64,000 nt of DNA, taken from positions 128,001-192,000 of the forward strand of contig CBEUCH010000002.1 in assembly GCA_965541585.1 (NCBI GenBank). The letters run 5' to 3'. A model generated the notes under the pieces. The model saw only the letters and a program-made list of their open reading frames with translations. It had not been told where the DNA came from and searched no databases. A program made the translations under genes and the position numbers. Shown here piece after piece: positions 55,543 to 64,000 of this stretch (the first letter of the stretch is position 1; each line of letters opens with the position of its first letter). Origin of the DNA: an uncultured bacterium (GTDB taxonomy: Bacteria; Zixibacteria; MSB-5A5; UBA10806).

Positions 55543-57519
55543 TTAAGGATGATAGAAATTAGTATGATGAACATCCACATGCGGAGGAACTGGACGTTGC
55601 GGAGTATATTCCGGCCAATCATAATAGGTCGGTTCAAAAGGCGGTGGTTCATCGTGAGAATAGGGAGGATTCCAGGTCCGCGGGTGAAGATAATACTTCC
55701 ACCACGAGTCATAGTTCGCCCTAGTGTCTGCGACTTCCAAAGCTGCATCACACAGCATGCCAGCCGCATAGCTCGTTACATGGTAGTTAAAGGGCCATTC
55801 CTTAGTGGTGCCGTTGCATGACGTTAGCTCCTTGCTAAGGATACACACGCGGCCGTAAGTTAAAGAGTATATCCAGAAAAGCCGATATTCCGTACCAAGG
55901 AAAGTGGCGCTATTATAAATAGTAACCGAGTTAGCGGGAATGCCGATACTTTTGTAGAGATATGTTAAGAGATTAGCATAATCGGCGCATTGCCCTATTC
56001 TTTGCCTTATCACGTCCAGAGGATCTGGAAAAACAGGATGATTTGGATTATAAGTCCATCCCTCACCATAAACGCCGCCTACACCCAACTCGGCGATTGC
56101 AGATGGCTCGTTTTCTCCCTGCGCGTAATCACAGATCTTATCCAGTGCGATTATGTTAATCTCTGCCAGCAGGGGCGTATCGTAAGTAAGATATATCTTG
56201 TGAGAACTGCTGTTCATAAATTTGAAATTGTTTAGATCCGGATTGCCGACTTTATTTCCATACCAGTTATAATTAAGAGGGTCGATTATCCCCACATAAT
56301 CGGGGAAAGGGCCGTCCCTCGGGGCAACATAGCATATGGTGCTGAGATTGGTCGAGTTGAAATTGCCTTCATAGATTCCTGTAGAATATGTACCCTGGCC
56401 AGAGCCGCCTGCACCCATAATCCAGTACTGGAAGTCATGGTAAGGCGTTCTGTTGGACTCGACCACGACATTCATTGAGAGCGTATTTTCCCTTATGTAA
56501 GCAACGGGCTCGTTTTTTGTATCCTTTATCCAGACCGGGTCCAATATAGGTACACCGCTACCCGATCCCGGTGTGGGCCCGGGGCCGTCTTGGGAAAGAT
56601 CTTCATCGAACTCGAAGCTTATTTCTTCCACCCATAATACAAAGTTAGCAATGGGGAGTATATCTTCGGGTCCTGTCGATGGTTCCTGGCTCTCGCAAAA
56701 AGATAATATCGGGGTGGCTATTATTTCACCCTGGCTGAAGGGTGGAAGAGTCTGTTCGGGATCTCCGATGATGTCAAGAAAGAGCCCCTCCATCAATCTT
56801 CCACTGTACGTCGCTGTATTCCATTGGGAACCTTCAAGTGGGAGATTTATAATTATGGAGTCCGAAGTCAGATCAGACTTTAGTTTTACTCCTACCGCCT
56901 GTGCCGGTTCATCACCCTCAAAATCAGCTGCGACCTGTATAGCAACCGCCTCCATGGCATCAAATATATCGTTGTATTGTATCTCAGAAAAGTCCTTATT
57001 CAAAAACCGTATATCCGTAAATTCCATAATAGGTATATCATCCTCTTCGGGATAATCGAATTCCTGACTGAATACTTCTATTCCCTTAAATACTACAATG
57101 AATTTCCCTTTACCCCATAGAGGATGAAGTACAGTATAGGCATCGCATGAGTGGGAATATAAGTTAGGACAGCCAAAGCAGCCTATGTTTTCAGGGCAAT
57201 CAGCGGGAGAGCCGCAAATTACCATGCAGGCATGTTTCAGGTTTTCTGTCGGGTGAAGCAGTCCGGCAAGCTCATCTCCGCACTCCCGCCTGAGAATGAA
57301 TTCCACCGGCTGATCACATCCATCCTCGAAGGTTGCGAATATGTCTATACGAAGCTCTATCCAGCCGCCAATGGGTTCCCGAGGTCTCATATCTATCAAG
57401 GTCACGAACAACATGTCAAAGCTGCCCCCGCCGCAACAAGATGTTGGGCAACCACTCTGAGCAAAAGATGTCCCTGAAATAGAGATTAATGCAATCATCG
57501 AAAAGAATATAGTTTTCAT
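55543..57519 (-). CDS. secreted protein with C-terminal transglutaminase-like domain
   Basis: GQCADYANLL...SIGI, FNYHV, LCDAA give a candidate Cys-His-Asp triad; signal peptide. Confidence 0.7.
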   Translation of the reverse strand: MKTIFFSMIALISISGTSFAQSGCPTSCCGGGSFDMLFVTLIDMRPREPIGGWIELRIDIFATFEDGCDQPVEFILRRECGDELAGLLHPTENLKHACMVICGSPADCPENIGCFGCPNLYSHSCDAYTVLHPLWGKGKFIVVFKGIEVFSQEFDYPEEDDIPIMEFTDIRFLNKDFSEIQYNDIFDAMEAVAIQVAADFEGDEPAQAVGVKLKSDLTSDSIIINLPLEGSQWNTATYSGRLMEGLFLDIIGDPEQTLPPFSQGEIIATPILSFCESQEPSTGPEDILPIANFVLWVEEISFEFDEDLSQDGPGPTPGSGSGVPILDPVWIKDTKNEPVAYIRENTLSMNVVVESNRTPYHDFQYWIMGAGGSGQGTYSTGIYEGNFNSTNLSTICYVAPRDGPFPDYVGIIDPLNYNWYGNKVGNPDLNNFKFMNSSSHKIYLTYDTPLLAEINIIALDKICDYAQGENEPSAIAELGVGGVYGEGWTYNPNHPVFPDPLDVIRQRIGQCADYANLLTYLYKSIGIPANSVTIYNSATFLGTEYRLFWIYSLTYGRVCILSKELTSCNGTTKEWPFNYHVTSYAAGMLCDAALEVADTRANYDSWWKYYLHPRTWNPPYSHDEPPPFEPTYYDWPEYTPQRPVPPHVDVHHTNFYHP

Positions 57520-57568
57520 CTTTGTCTGCCTCCGCTATAAAGCAGTTCAAATATACTTTCTAACGGAA

Positions 57569-57596
57569 ATTATATTTATGCAGACCCTTTTGTCAA
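57569..57596 (-). promoter_or_regulatory. sigma70 promoter of the transglutaminase-like operon
   Basis: TTGACA-16-TATAAT on the minus strand. Confidence 0.7.
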
Positions 57597-58031
57597 GTTT
57601 ATTTTCATATTTTTTTCATATAAGCGATTCCTGCCGGTACTTTCATGCTTTTCACCGTGATATTCGATTCCCGGCATAGCTAACGGGCGCTTTCTTTTTT
57701 CAGAAACTACCCGCGCCGGTTCTTAGTTCTGACCAGAGAAATATGAACCTGTGTCTCCGGCTTGAGTTACGGTCGAAACCCAAAAGATCGCGGATTTGAT
57801 GTCGAAAAACAGTAAAGTGGATTGACAATGCCGACATTAGGAATATATTGGTTGATTATTGCGAATTCGAAAGATCTCTTTGATTGAGAATAGACCGTCA
57901 ATATCCGGAGGATAGATGCCAGCAAAGCAGACTTTGAAAAAACCAAAGATAGAGAAGATCGGTGTGCCTGAAGAAGCGTATTGCGACGTTTATTCCGACG
58001 CATTTCCGGTTGCAAGGGACGAGCGATAGCC

Positions 58032-58526
58032 ATGGCCGCTGAAAAATCGCTGTCGCCAAAACGCCCATCGGAATCCGAGGTTTCCATGACCGAATTGGTG
58101 ATTCCCAACGACGCCAATATCCTCGGCAATGTCCTTGGCGGTCGGGTTATGCACTGGATCGACTTGGCTGCGGCTACCGCCGCTCATCGCCATTGCAACA
58201 GTCTCTGTGTTACGGCTGCAATAGAGGGTTTATCGTTTTTAAGTCCCATAAAGGTCGGATACTTAGCACACTTGAAGGCGCAGGTAGTGTGTGTCGGTAA
58301 AACGTCGTTGATAGTAAAAGTCCTGGTTCATTCGGAGAATATGGATACTGGTTCCATAAAGAAAACATCGGAGGCATACCTGACTTTCGTCTCTCTCGAT
58401 AAGAATGGTAAGCCAAAGGCTGTTCCGCCATTGACGCTTGAAACCGATGAAGAAGAAGCAGAATGCCAGAGAGCCAAAGAGATTCGAAAGAAGAGTCTTC
58501 AGATAAGAGGACTGGAGAAGGAGTGA
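58032..58526 (+). CDS. acyl-CoA thioesterase (hotdog fold)
   Basis: PNDANILGNVLGGRVMHWID, VGKTSL, AYLTFV. Confidence 0.9.
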   Translation: MAAEKSLSPKRPSESEVSMTELVIPNDANILGNVLGGRVMHWIDLAAATAAHRHCNSLCVTAAIEGLSFLSPIKVGYLAHLKAQVVCVGKTSLIVKVLVHSENMDTGSIKKTSEAYLTFVSLDKNGKPKAVPPLTLETDEEEAECQRAKEIRKKSLQIRGLEKE

Positions 58527-58709
58527 AAAAGACCACATATATCGAAGTCATCACCGAGGCGCTGGGCGAGGAGTTGGTCGGGATCTCCCGTTACACGTGT
58601 TTGCGGTCTGGACGTTCCGATGCTGCTGTTCGCACCGCCAATGGAGCACTGTTTCCTGCCCAATGCCGAGAAGATCGCCGGGGCCGCCGGGGAAATGATG
58701 GATTATTAA
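58523..58709 (+). pseudogene. internally deleted 2-oxoacid dehydrogenase E1 beta subunit
   Basis: N-terminus MKKTTYIEVITEALGEEL joined out of frame to C-terminus PVTRVCGLDVP...FLPNAEKI...MDY*. Confidence 0.8.
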
Positions 58710-58716
58710 GGGAGGG

Positions 58717-60003
58717 ATGATGGATTTCAAAATTGTAGTGCCCCCCCTGGGGGAGTCGGTAGTCGAGGGTACAATAGTCAAGTGGCTTAAGAATGAGGGC
58801 GATTCCGTTAAGATAGACGAGGCGCTGGTGGAGATTATGACCGACAAGATCAATATAGAGATACCATCGTCTCATAACGGTGTTATGAAAAAGCATCTCG
58901 TAACAGTGGACACGGTGGTGGAGATCGGCTCCGAGATTGCAATCCTTGAAATAGAAGGCGAGGGCATCGAAACCAAAGCGTTAGAGACAGCGGCGGACGA
59001 TGGCGAAGAGCATATCCCCGCCGAGCAGGAAACATCTGCGGCGGCGGAGGAATTCGTTGCTATCACGGCTCACCACGAGAAGATGGGTATTCATGCGGAT
59101 AAGGAATCTATAGAGGCGGGCATAAAGGCGGTAAAATCATCACCGCTGGTTCGACGTTTGGCCCGGGAGCATTTCATCGATCTGCGTATGGTTCACGGTA
59201 CCGGCAAAAACAGCCGCGTCACTAAAGAGGACGTCATCAAATATATAGACAGCCGTCACACCGTGGATAAGAAAAGGGCGGATTTCATGTGGCCCGATGC
59301 GGAACCGGAGGAGATTATACCTGTTACCGGCGTACGTAAAGTGATAGCCGAGCACATGGTCAAAGCGGCATTCTCTATCCCCCATGTAACCACGTTCGAC
59401 GAATGCGATATGACCAAACTGGTCTCATGGCGCAGGAATTATGTCGATAAAATCGAGCAGGAACATGGTGTCAGGATAACTTATCTCCCCTTTATCGCCA
59501 AGGCGATCATATTCGCGGCTAAGGATTTCCCGTGGATTAACGCCACCTTCGTGGGCGATAACCTGCATGTCAAAAAATACTTTAATATAGGTATCGCGGT
59601 GGGCAGGGAGAATTCTCTTATTGTTCCCGTAGTCAAGCATTGTGAGCAGAAATCGATTATCCAGATCGCCAAAGAGATGAGGAAGCTTGGCGAGAAAGCC
59701 AACGACGATACGCTGACCCTGGAGGAGATCACCGGCGGAACGATTACAATTACCAACGCCGGCATGTATGGAGCGACAGCGTCGACCCCCATTATTGCTC
59801 ATCCGCAGGTGGCCATACTGGGGGTTCATAAGATCACTGAGAAACCAGTGGTACGCGACGGAGAAATGGTCATCAGGCCGATATTGAATTTTGGCCTGTC
59901 GTTCGACCATCGGGTAGTGGACGGTGCTTACGCAGTGCAATTTTTACGCAGGATGATAGAACATTTAGAGGATGTTGATAGCTGGCTGATCGGGGTGATG
60001 TGA
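58717..60003 (+). CDS. 2-oxoacid dehydrogenase E2 dihydrolipoamide acyltransferase
   Basis: Lipoyl motif TDKINIEIPS, SSPLVRRLA, LSFDHRVVDG. Confidence 0.92.
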   Translation: MMDFKIVVPPLGESVVEGTIVKWLKNEGDSVKIDEALVEIMTDKINIEIPSSHNGVMKKHLVTVDTVVEIGSEIAILEIEGEGIETKALETAADDGEEHIPAEQETSAAAEEFVAITAHHEKMGIHADKESIEAGIKAVKSSPLVRRLAREHFIDLRMVHGTGKNSRVTKEDVIKYIDSRHTVDKKRADFMWPDAEPEEIIPVTGVRKVIAEHMVKAAFSIPHVTTFDECDMTKLVSWRRNYVDKIEQEHGVRITYLPFIAKAIIFAAKDFPWINATFVGDNLHVKKYFNIGIAVGRENSLIVPVVKHCEQKSIIQIAKEMRKLGEKANDDTLTLEEITGGTITITNAGMYGATASTPIIAHPQVAILGVHKITEKPVVRDGEMVIRPILNFGLSFDHRVVDGAYAVQFLRRMIEHLEDVDSWLIGVM

Positions 60004-61400
60004 TGGTTGATAAATATCAGGTGGTGGTGATTGGCGCCGGGCCGGGTGGATACGTAGCGGCCATCCGTGCCGCTCAACTGGGATTGAAAACCGCAATTGT
60101 CGAAAAAGAATATGTCGGCGGGGTCTGTCTCAACTGGGGATGTATACCCTCGAAGGCGCTTCTGTATGTAACAGAACTGAAAAGGACGATCGAGGCTTCC
60201 AAAAGGCTTGGTATCAAGGCCGACAACGTTGAAATCGATATTGATAAGCTTCGCCAGCATAAAGATGCTACTATCAAACGTCTCACCGGCGGAGTGAGAC
60301 TTCTTCTGGAGAAAGCCAATGTCAAGATCTACAACGGGCAGGCGGCGTTTACATCCAAAAACCGAATCGAGATTATCAAGGGTGTTCACAAGACATATAT
60401 AGATTCCGATAATTTCATCATCGCAACCGGATCATCGACCTGGAGTCTTCCGGGGCTAAAGATAGACGGCAAGACAATTATCGGCGCTCGCGAGGCGATT
60501 GATCTTCCGGAGATCCCGAAAAGACTCGGTGTGATCGGGGCCGGTCCGATCGGTGTTGAGATGGCCACGGTATATAACACCCTCGGCTCGAAGGTAACGA
60601 TAATCGAACTTCTGGATTCGGTTCTGCCGATGCTGGATCAGGATATCTCAGCCGCCGCAGAGAGGGCTTTCGGGAAACAAGGGATGGAGATATTTACATC
60701 ATCGCAGGTGATATCGTCGGACAGGAGAGATGACGGTATCGATCTACAGGTAAAGACGCCCGAAGGCGATAAGTCCATGTCGTTCGATACGATCTTGATG
60801 GCGGTGGGGATGAAGCCCAACTCTAAGGGCCTGAAACTGGAAAAGGTCGGCGTCAAGACCGATGATAAAGGTTTTATCAATGTGGATCAGCGGATGCGGT
60901 CTAATGTATCAAATATATTTGCCATCGGCGATGTAACAGGCGGTTTGCTTCTGGCACACAAGGCTTCGCACGAGGGAATCGTGGCTGCCGAGGCTATAGC
61001 CGGATCGTCTGCAGAGGCGGATTGGAAAGCGGTTCCGTATGCCGTCTTCACCGATCCCGAAATTGCAGGAGTTGGAATTACCGAAAAAGAAGCGAAGGAA
61101 AAAGGCCGCAAGATCAAGATCGGTAATTTTCCGTATCGAGCGGTCGGTAAGGGAATAGCCACGCTGGCCACGGACGGTTTTGCCAAGGTCATATCAGATG
61201 CCGAGACCGACGAGATTTTAGGTATCCATATATTCGGCCCTCATTCGGGTGATATCATTTTTGCCGGAACCGCTATCATGGAATTCGAGGGGACATCCGA
61301 GGATCTGGGACATATCATGGCCATCCATCCGACTCTCTCAGAGGCGTTGATGGAGGCCGGATTGAATGTGCATAAAAAGGCGATACATATTATCAATTGA
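60000..61400 (+). CDS. lpdA: dihydrolipoyl dehydrogenase
   Basis: GAGPGGY, GGVCLNWGCIPSK, HPTLSE. Confidence 0.95.
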   Translation: MMVDKYQVVVIGAGPGGYVAAIRAAQLGLKTAIVEKEYVGGVCLNWGCIPSKALLYVTELKRTIEASKRLGIKADNVEIDIDKLRQHKDATIKRLTGGVRLLLEKANVKIYNGQAAFTSKNRIEIIKGVHKTYIDSDNFIIATGSSTWSLPGLKIDGKTIIGAREAIDLPEIPKRLGVIGAGPIGVEMATVYNTLGSKVTIIELLDSVLPMLDQDISAAAERAFGKQGMEIFTSSQVISSDRRDDGIDLQVKTPEGDKSMSFDTILMAVGMKPNSKGLKLEKVGVKTDDKGFINVDQRMRSNVSNIFAIGDVTGGLLLAHKASHEGIVAAEAIAGSSAEADWKAVPYAVFTDPEIAGVGITEKEAKEKGRKIKIGNFPYRAVGKGIATLATDGFAKVISDAETDEILGIHIFGPHSGDIIFAGTAIMEFEGTSEDLGHIMAIHPTLSEALMEAGLNVHKKAIHIIN

Positions 61401-61513
61401 TCGACCGGATGATTACCCTCTTTTGACAGGGAATAGGCATTTTACTCCATGCGTCAGGATGGAAATAATAATGACACTCCTCCGGATCTTTAAGACCTGA
61501 CACCGTTTGAGCG

Positions 61514-61969
61514 ATGTCAGAAAGTAAAAGGCTTGCCGAGTTTTCCCAGGCGGTACGAGAATCCACATTAAAAAGGCTTCGGCTGGTCCCCGAGAGATTT
61601 GAAAACTGGCGCATATCCTCAGAGACCATGTCATTCGCCGATATGGCAAAGCATTTGATCGATGCTGACAACTGGCTTTTTGAAAAGCTCAAAATTAAGA
61701 ATCTAAAAGCGATGACAGGGCAACCCAATCTTGTGGAGATAACTGATCGAAACCAATATGACGATCTGCTCGGCGAGCTGGAGCAGACAGGTGAGCGGCG
61801 CAAAAGCATGCTCGATAAGATCACCGAGGAGGAACTCTCGGAGATGATCCATGATGATCGATTCGGCGGCGAGGCCAGCGTCTGGTGGATTATTATGAGA
61901 GGATGCCTCGATCACGAGATTCATCATAGAGGTCAGATCTCCGCATATTTGAGAGCCATCGACCACTAG
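61514..61969 (+). CDS. DinB family protein
   Basis: MSFADMAKHL, DHEIHHRGQI. Confidence 0.85.
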   Translation: MSESKRLAEFSQAVRESTLKRLRLVPERFENWRISSETMSFADMAKHLIDADNWLFEKLKIKNLKAMTGQPNLVEITDRNQYDDLLGELEQTGERRKSMLDKITEEELSEMIHDDRFGGEASVWWIIMRGCLDHEIHHRGQISAYLRAIDH

Positions 61970-62101
61970 AAATAGATTGCAGCTTACTCTCCTGCGTCCT
62001 GACATTATTTTATCGATCCTCAAATCGTCCTGGATATTGACAGCTACTATTAAAAAGTATTAGATTATCCTCAATCGAAACCCATAAGCAAAAAGGGGAT
62101 A

Positions 62102-63361
62102 ATGATGGGACACATGGTTGGAAAGGATATTTATCGGAAACTCGGCAAGAAGATCGATAACCTTACAATGCGGGTTCCCTGGACCGATTCGTTTTACGAG
62201 ATCTTAAAAGAGCTATATACGACCGAGGAAGCCGAATTGATAATCAAGATGCCTTACGGTCTATCAGCCGTAGAGCAAATCGAAAGAGTGACCGGTTACG
62301 AGGGATCGAAATTGAAAAGGATGCTCGATGGCCTTTGTGCAAAGGGCCTCGTTATAGACATCTGGACCGGGAAAGACTTTCGCTATATAATTTCTCCTCT
62401 GATCATCGGGATATTCGAATTCACCATGATGAGGACCGGCGAGGGACTCAACTCGAAAGAGTGGGCGAAGCTTTTTTATAATTATCTGAACGAAGAAAAT
62501 ACATTCTATAAGGCGAATTTTAAGAATGGTCAGAAGGTCATGCCGTTGAGGACACTGCCGCACGAGAAAGCTATCGAAACCGATCAATATGTTGAGATCC
62601 TGGATTACGAGAAGGTTTCCGCTATAGTAGAGAATTCGAATAAATTCGCCGTTGGTATCTGCTCCTGCCGTCATGAAAAACAGCATCTGGGCAAGAAAGA
62701 ATGCGACGCCCCTCTCGAGGTCTGTTCGACTTTCGACGGTGCGACAAATTATATGATCAGACACAAATTCGCCCGGGAGATATCGAAGACAGAAATGATG
62801 GAAAACCTGGCTCGCTCCAGGGAGATGGGGCTTGTATTCTGCGCCGATAATGTCAAAAAGAACGTCTCATTTATCTGCCATTGCTGCGGGTGCTGCTGTA
62901 ATGCGTTAGCGGGGATAGCGAAATTCGGGTATCCCAATGCGGTGGTAACATCGAGTTTTATCGCCAACAACGATCATGATACCTGCGCCGAATGCGGCAC
63001 CTGCGCCGACGTTTGCCCGGTGAAGGCCATCACCATGCAGCCCGACGGCAAACCCGAAATCGATTCGAAATTCTGCATAGGCTGCGGAGTATGCGGCCTC
63101 AAGTGCACCACGGAGTCGATGAAACTGGTCAAACGTAAACAACGGGTGCTCCATCCGGAGGATACTTTTGAGAAGGCGATATTGCAGAGCCTTGAAAGAG
63201 GGACACTGCAGAACCTGCTGTTTAATAATCCCCAGAGCGTCACCCATACGTTTATGCGCGGCTTTGTAGGGGCGTTTTTGAAACTCCCGCCGATGAAGAA
63301 ATCGTTGATGAGCGACACCCTGCGCTCGAGATTTCTGGAATTTATGAAGCGGGGAGGTTAG
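62102..63361 (+). CDS. 4Fe-4S dicluster ferredoxin-domain protein
   Basis: CSCR, ICHCCGCCC, CAECGTCADVCP, CIGCGVCGLKC. Confidence 0.85.
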   Translation: MMGHMVGKDIYRKLGKKIDNLTMRVPWTDSFYEILKELYTTEEAELIIKMPYGLSAVEQIERVTGYEGSKLKRMLDGLCAKGLVIDIWTGKDFRYIISPLIIGIFEFTMMRTGEGLNSKEWAKLFYNYLNEENTFYKANFKNGQKVMPLRTLPHEKAIETDQYVEILDYEKVSAIVENSNKFAVGICSCRHEKQHLGKKECDAPLEVCSTFDGATNYMIRHKFAREISKTEMMENLARSREMGLVFCADNVKKNVSFICHCCGCCCNALAGIAKFGYPNAVVTSSFIANNDHDTCAECGTCADVCPVKAITMQPDGKPEIDSKFCIGCGVCGLKCTTESMKLVKRKQRVLHPEDTFEKAILQSLERGTLQNLLFNNPQSVTHTFMRGFVGAFLKLPPMKKSLMSDTLRSRFLEFMKRGG

Positions 63362-63434
63362 CGGATAGTTTTTGCAGGCGTGGATTGAGCTTGTATGCCG
63401 AGGTAAGCGATCCGTTATCAGACGATAAAAAGAG

Positions 63435-64000
63435 ATGAAATCTAACTGTCAATCCGAAGTAGGAAAAATCGAGAGACTCTTATTAAAGCATCCCCGAGAT
63501 GCTTTCTTGAATCAGGAAAATATCAACAATCAATGGCAGAAGCTCAATTATTCCGGTTGTCCGGATTATGATCCGGTGATGGTGGAATACGATAGCTTCG
63601 TAGATCTTTTGAAACGGGATGTGTCGGAAATCCATTTTCTTCCTCAAAGCGGCAGAACAGGTCTCGATTCTGTCTATGTGCACGACCCGGTGATAATTGC
63701 ACAAAAGGGTGCCATCCTCTGCAGCATGGGCAAACAGGATCGCCGGGGGGAACCGGCGGCGGTGGCAGAATTTCTGGTCAATCAGGATATCCAGATCGTC
63801 GGCGCCATAACCGGTGCGGGAAGACTGGAGGGAGGCGATGTCTTATGGCTGGGTGGACGGACTCTGGCGGTCGGGCTGGGGTATCGAACCAACGAGGACG
63901 GCATCCGGCAGCTGAAGGAACTCACGGAAGATATTATCGATGAGTTCATGGTGGTTCCGCTGCCCCACTGGTCGGGGCCGGACAACGTCCTCCACCTCAT
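63435..64000 (+). CDS. amidinotransferase / arginine deiminase-like (DDAH-like) protein, 3'-truncated
   Basis: Manual translation MKSNCQSEVGKIERLLLKHP...DSVYVHDP...RRGE...LEGGD...YRTN...LHL; not in the ORF track. Confidence 0.85.
   Translation, partial: MKSNCQSEVGKIERLLLKHPRDAFLNQENINNQWQKLNYSGCPDYDPVMVEYDSFVDLLKRDVSEIHFLPQSGRTGLDSVYVHDPVIIAQKGAILCSMGKQDRRGEPAAVAEFLVNQDIQIVGAITGAGRLEGGDVLWLGGRTLAVGLGYRTNEDGIRQLKELTEDIIDEFMVVPLPHWSGPDNVLHL

Noticed and set aside
1..64000. Complete diversity-generating retroelement
   Set aside because: No reverse transcriptase ORF and no non-coding template repeat were recognised in the window; kept only as a remote hypothesis

Overview
Bacterial chromosomal window of moderate GC with several AT-rich inserts. 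The many secreted proteins ending in a 'QNYPNPFN...K+LLK' FlgD-Ig/T9SS-type-A-like tail, plus a dockerin-like tail, suggest a Zixibacteria/FCB-related organism; this is inference, and no rRNA or tRNA was seen. Housekeeping genes include an M3 oligopeptidase, nadC, birA, bshB1, MacAB-like transporter parts, E2 and lpdA. They are interleaved with a large secretome: two C25 gingipain-like proteins, an M14 peptidase, and an exosortase H system with its IPTL-CTERM substrate. The most striking signal is three secreted genes built on one homologous chassis (promoter/leader, signal peptide, C-terminal sorting domain). Each carries exactly 14 beta-propeller blades (LVIVD or FG-GAP). In two of them the blades are near-identical in DNA except at two hypervariable loops. 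One of these genes sits in a hairpin-bounded cassette flanked by a 47-bp duplication of the oligopeptidase 3' end, and a collapsed relic of a fourth member is also present. Together this looks like a mobile, antibody-like repertoire of variable binders. Other candidates are a membrane leader protein ending in a RAPP ribosome-arrest motif upstream of the IPTL-CTERM gene, a transglutaminase-like gene followed by two variable/constant gene pairs, a HigB-HigA/IrrE island with a frameshifted third gene, a HEPN-like gene beside a REP cluster, an orphan DUF6519 gene, and an internally deleted E1-beta pseudogene.
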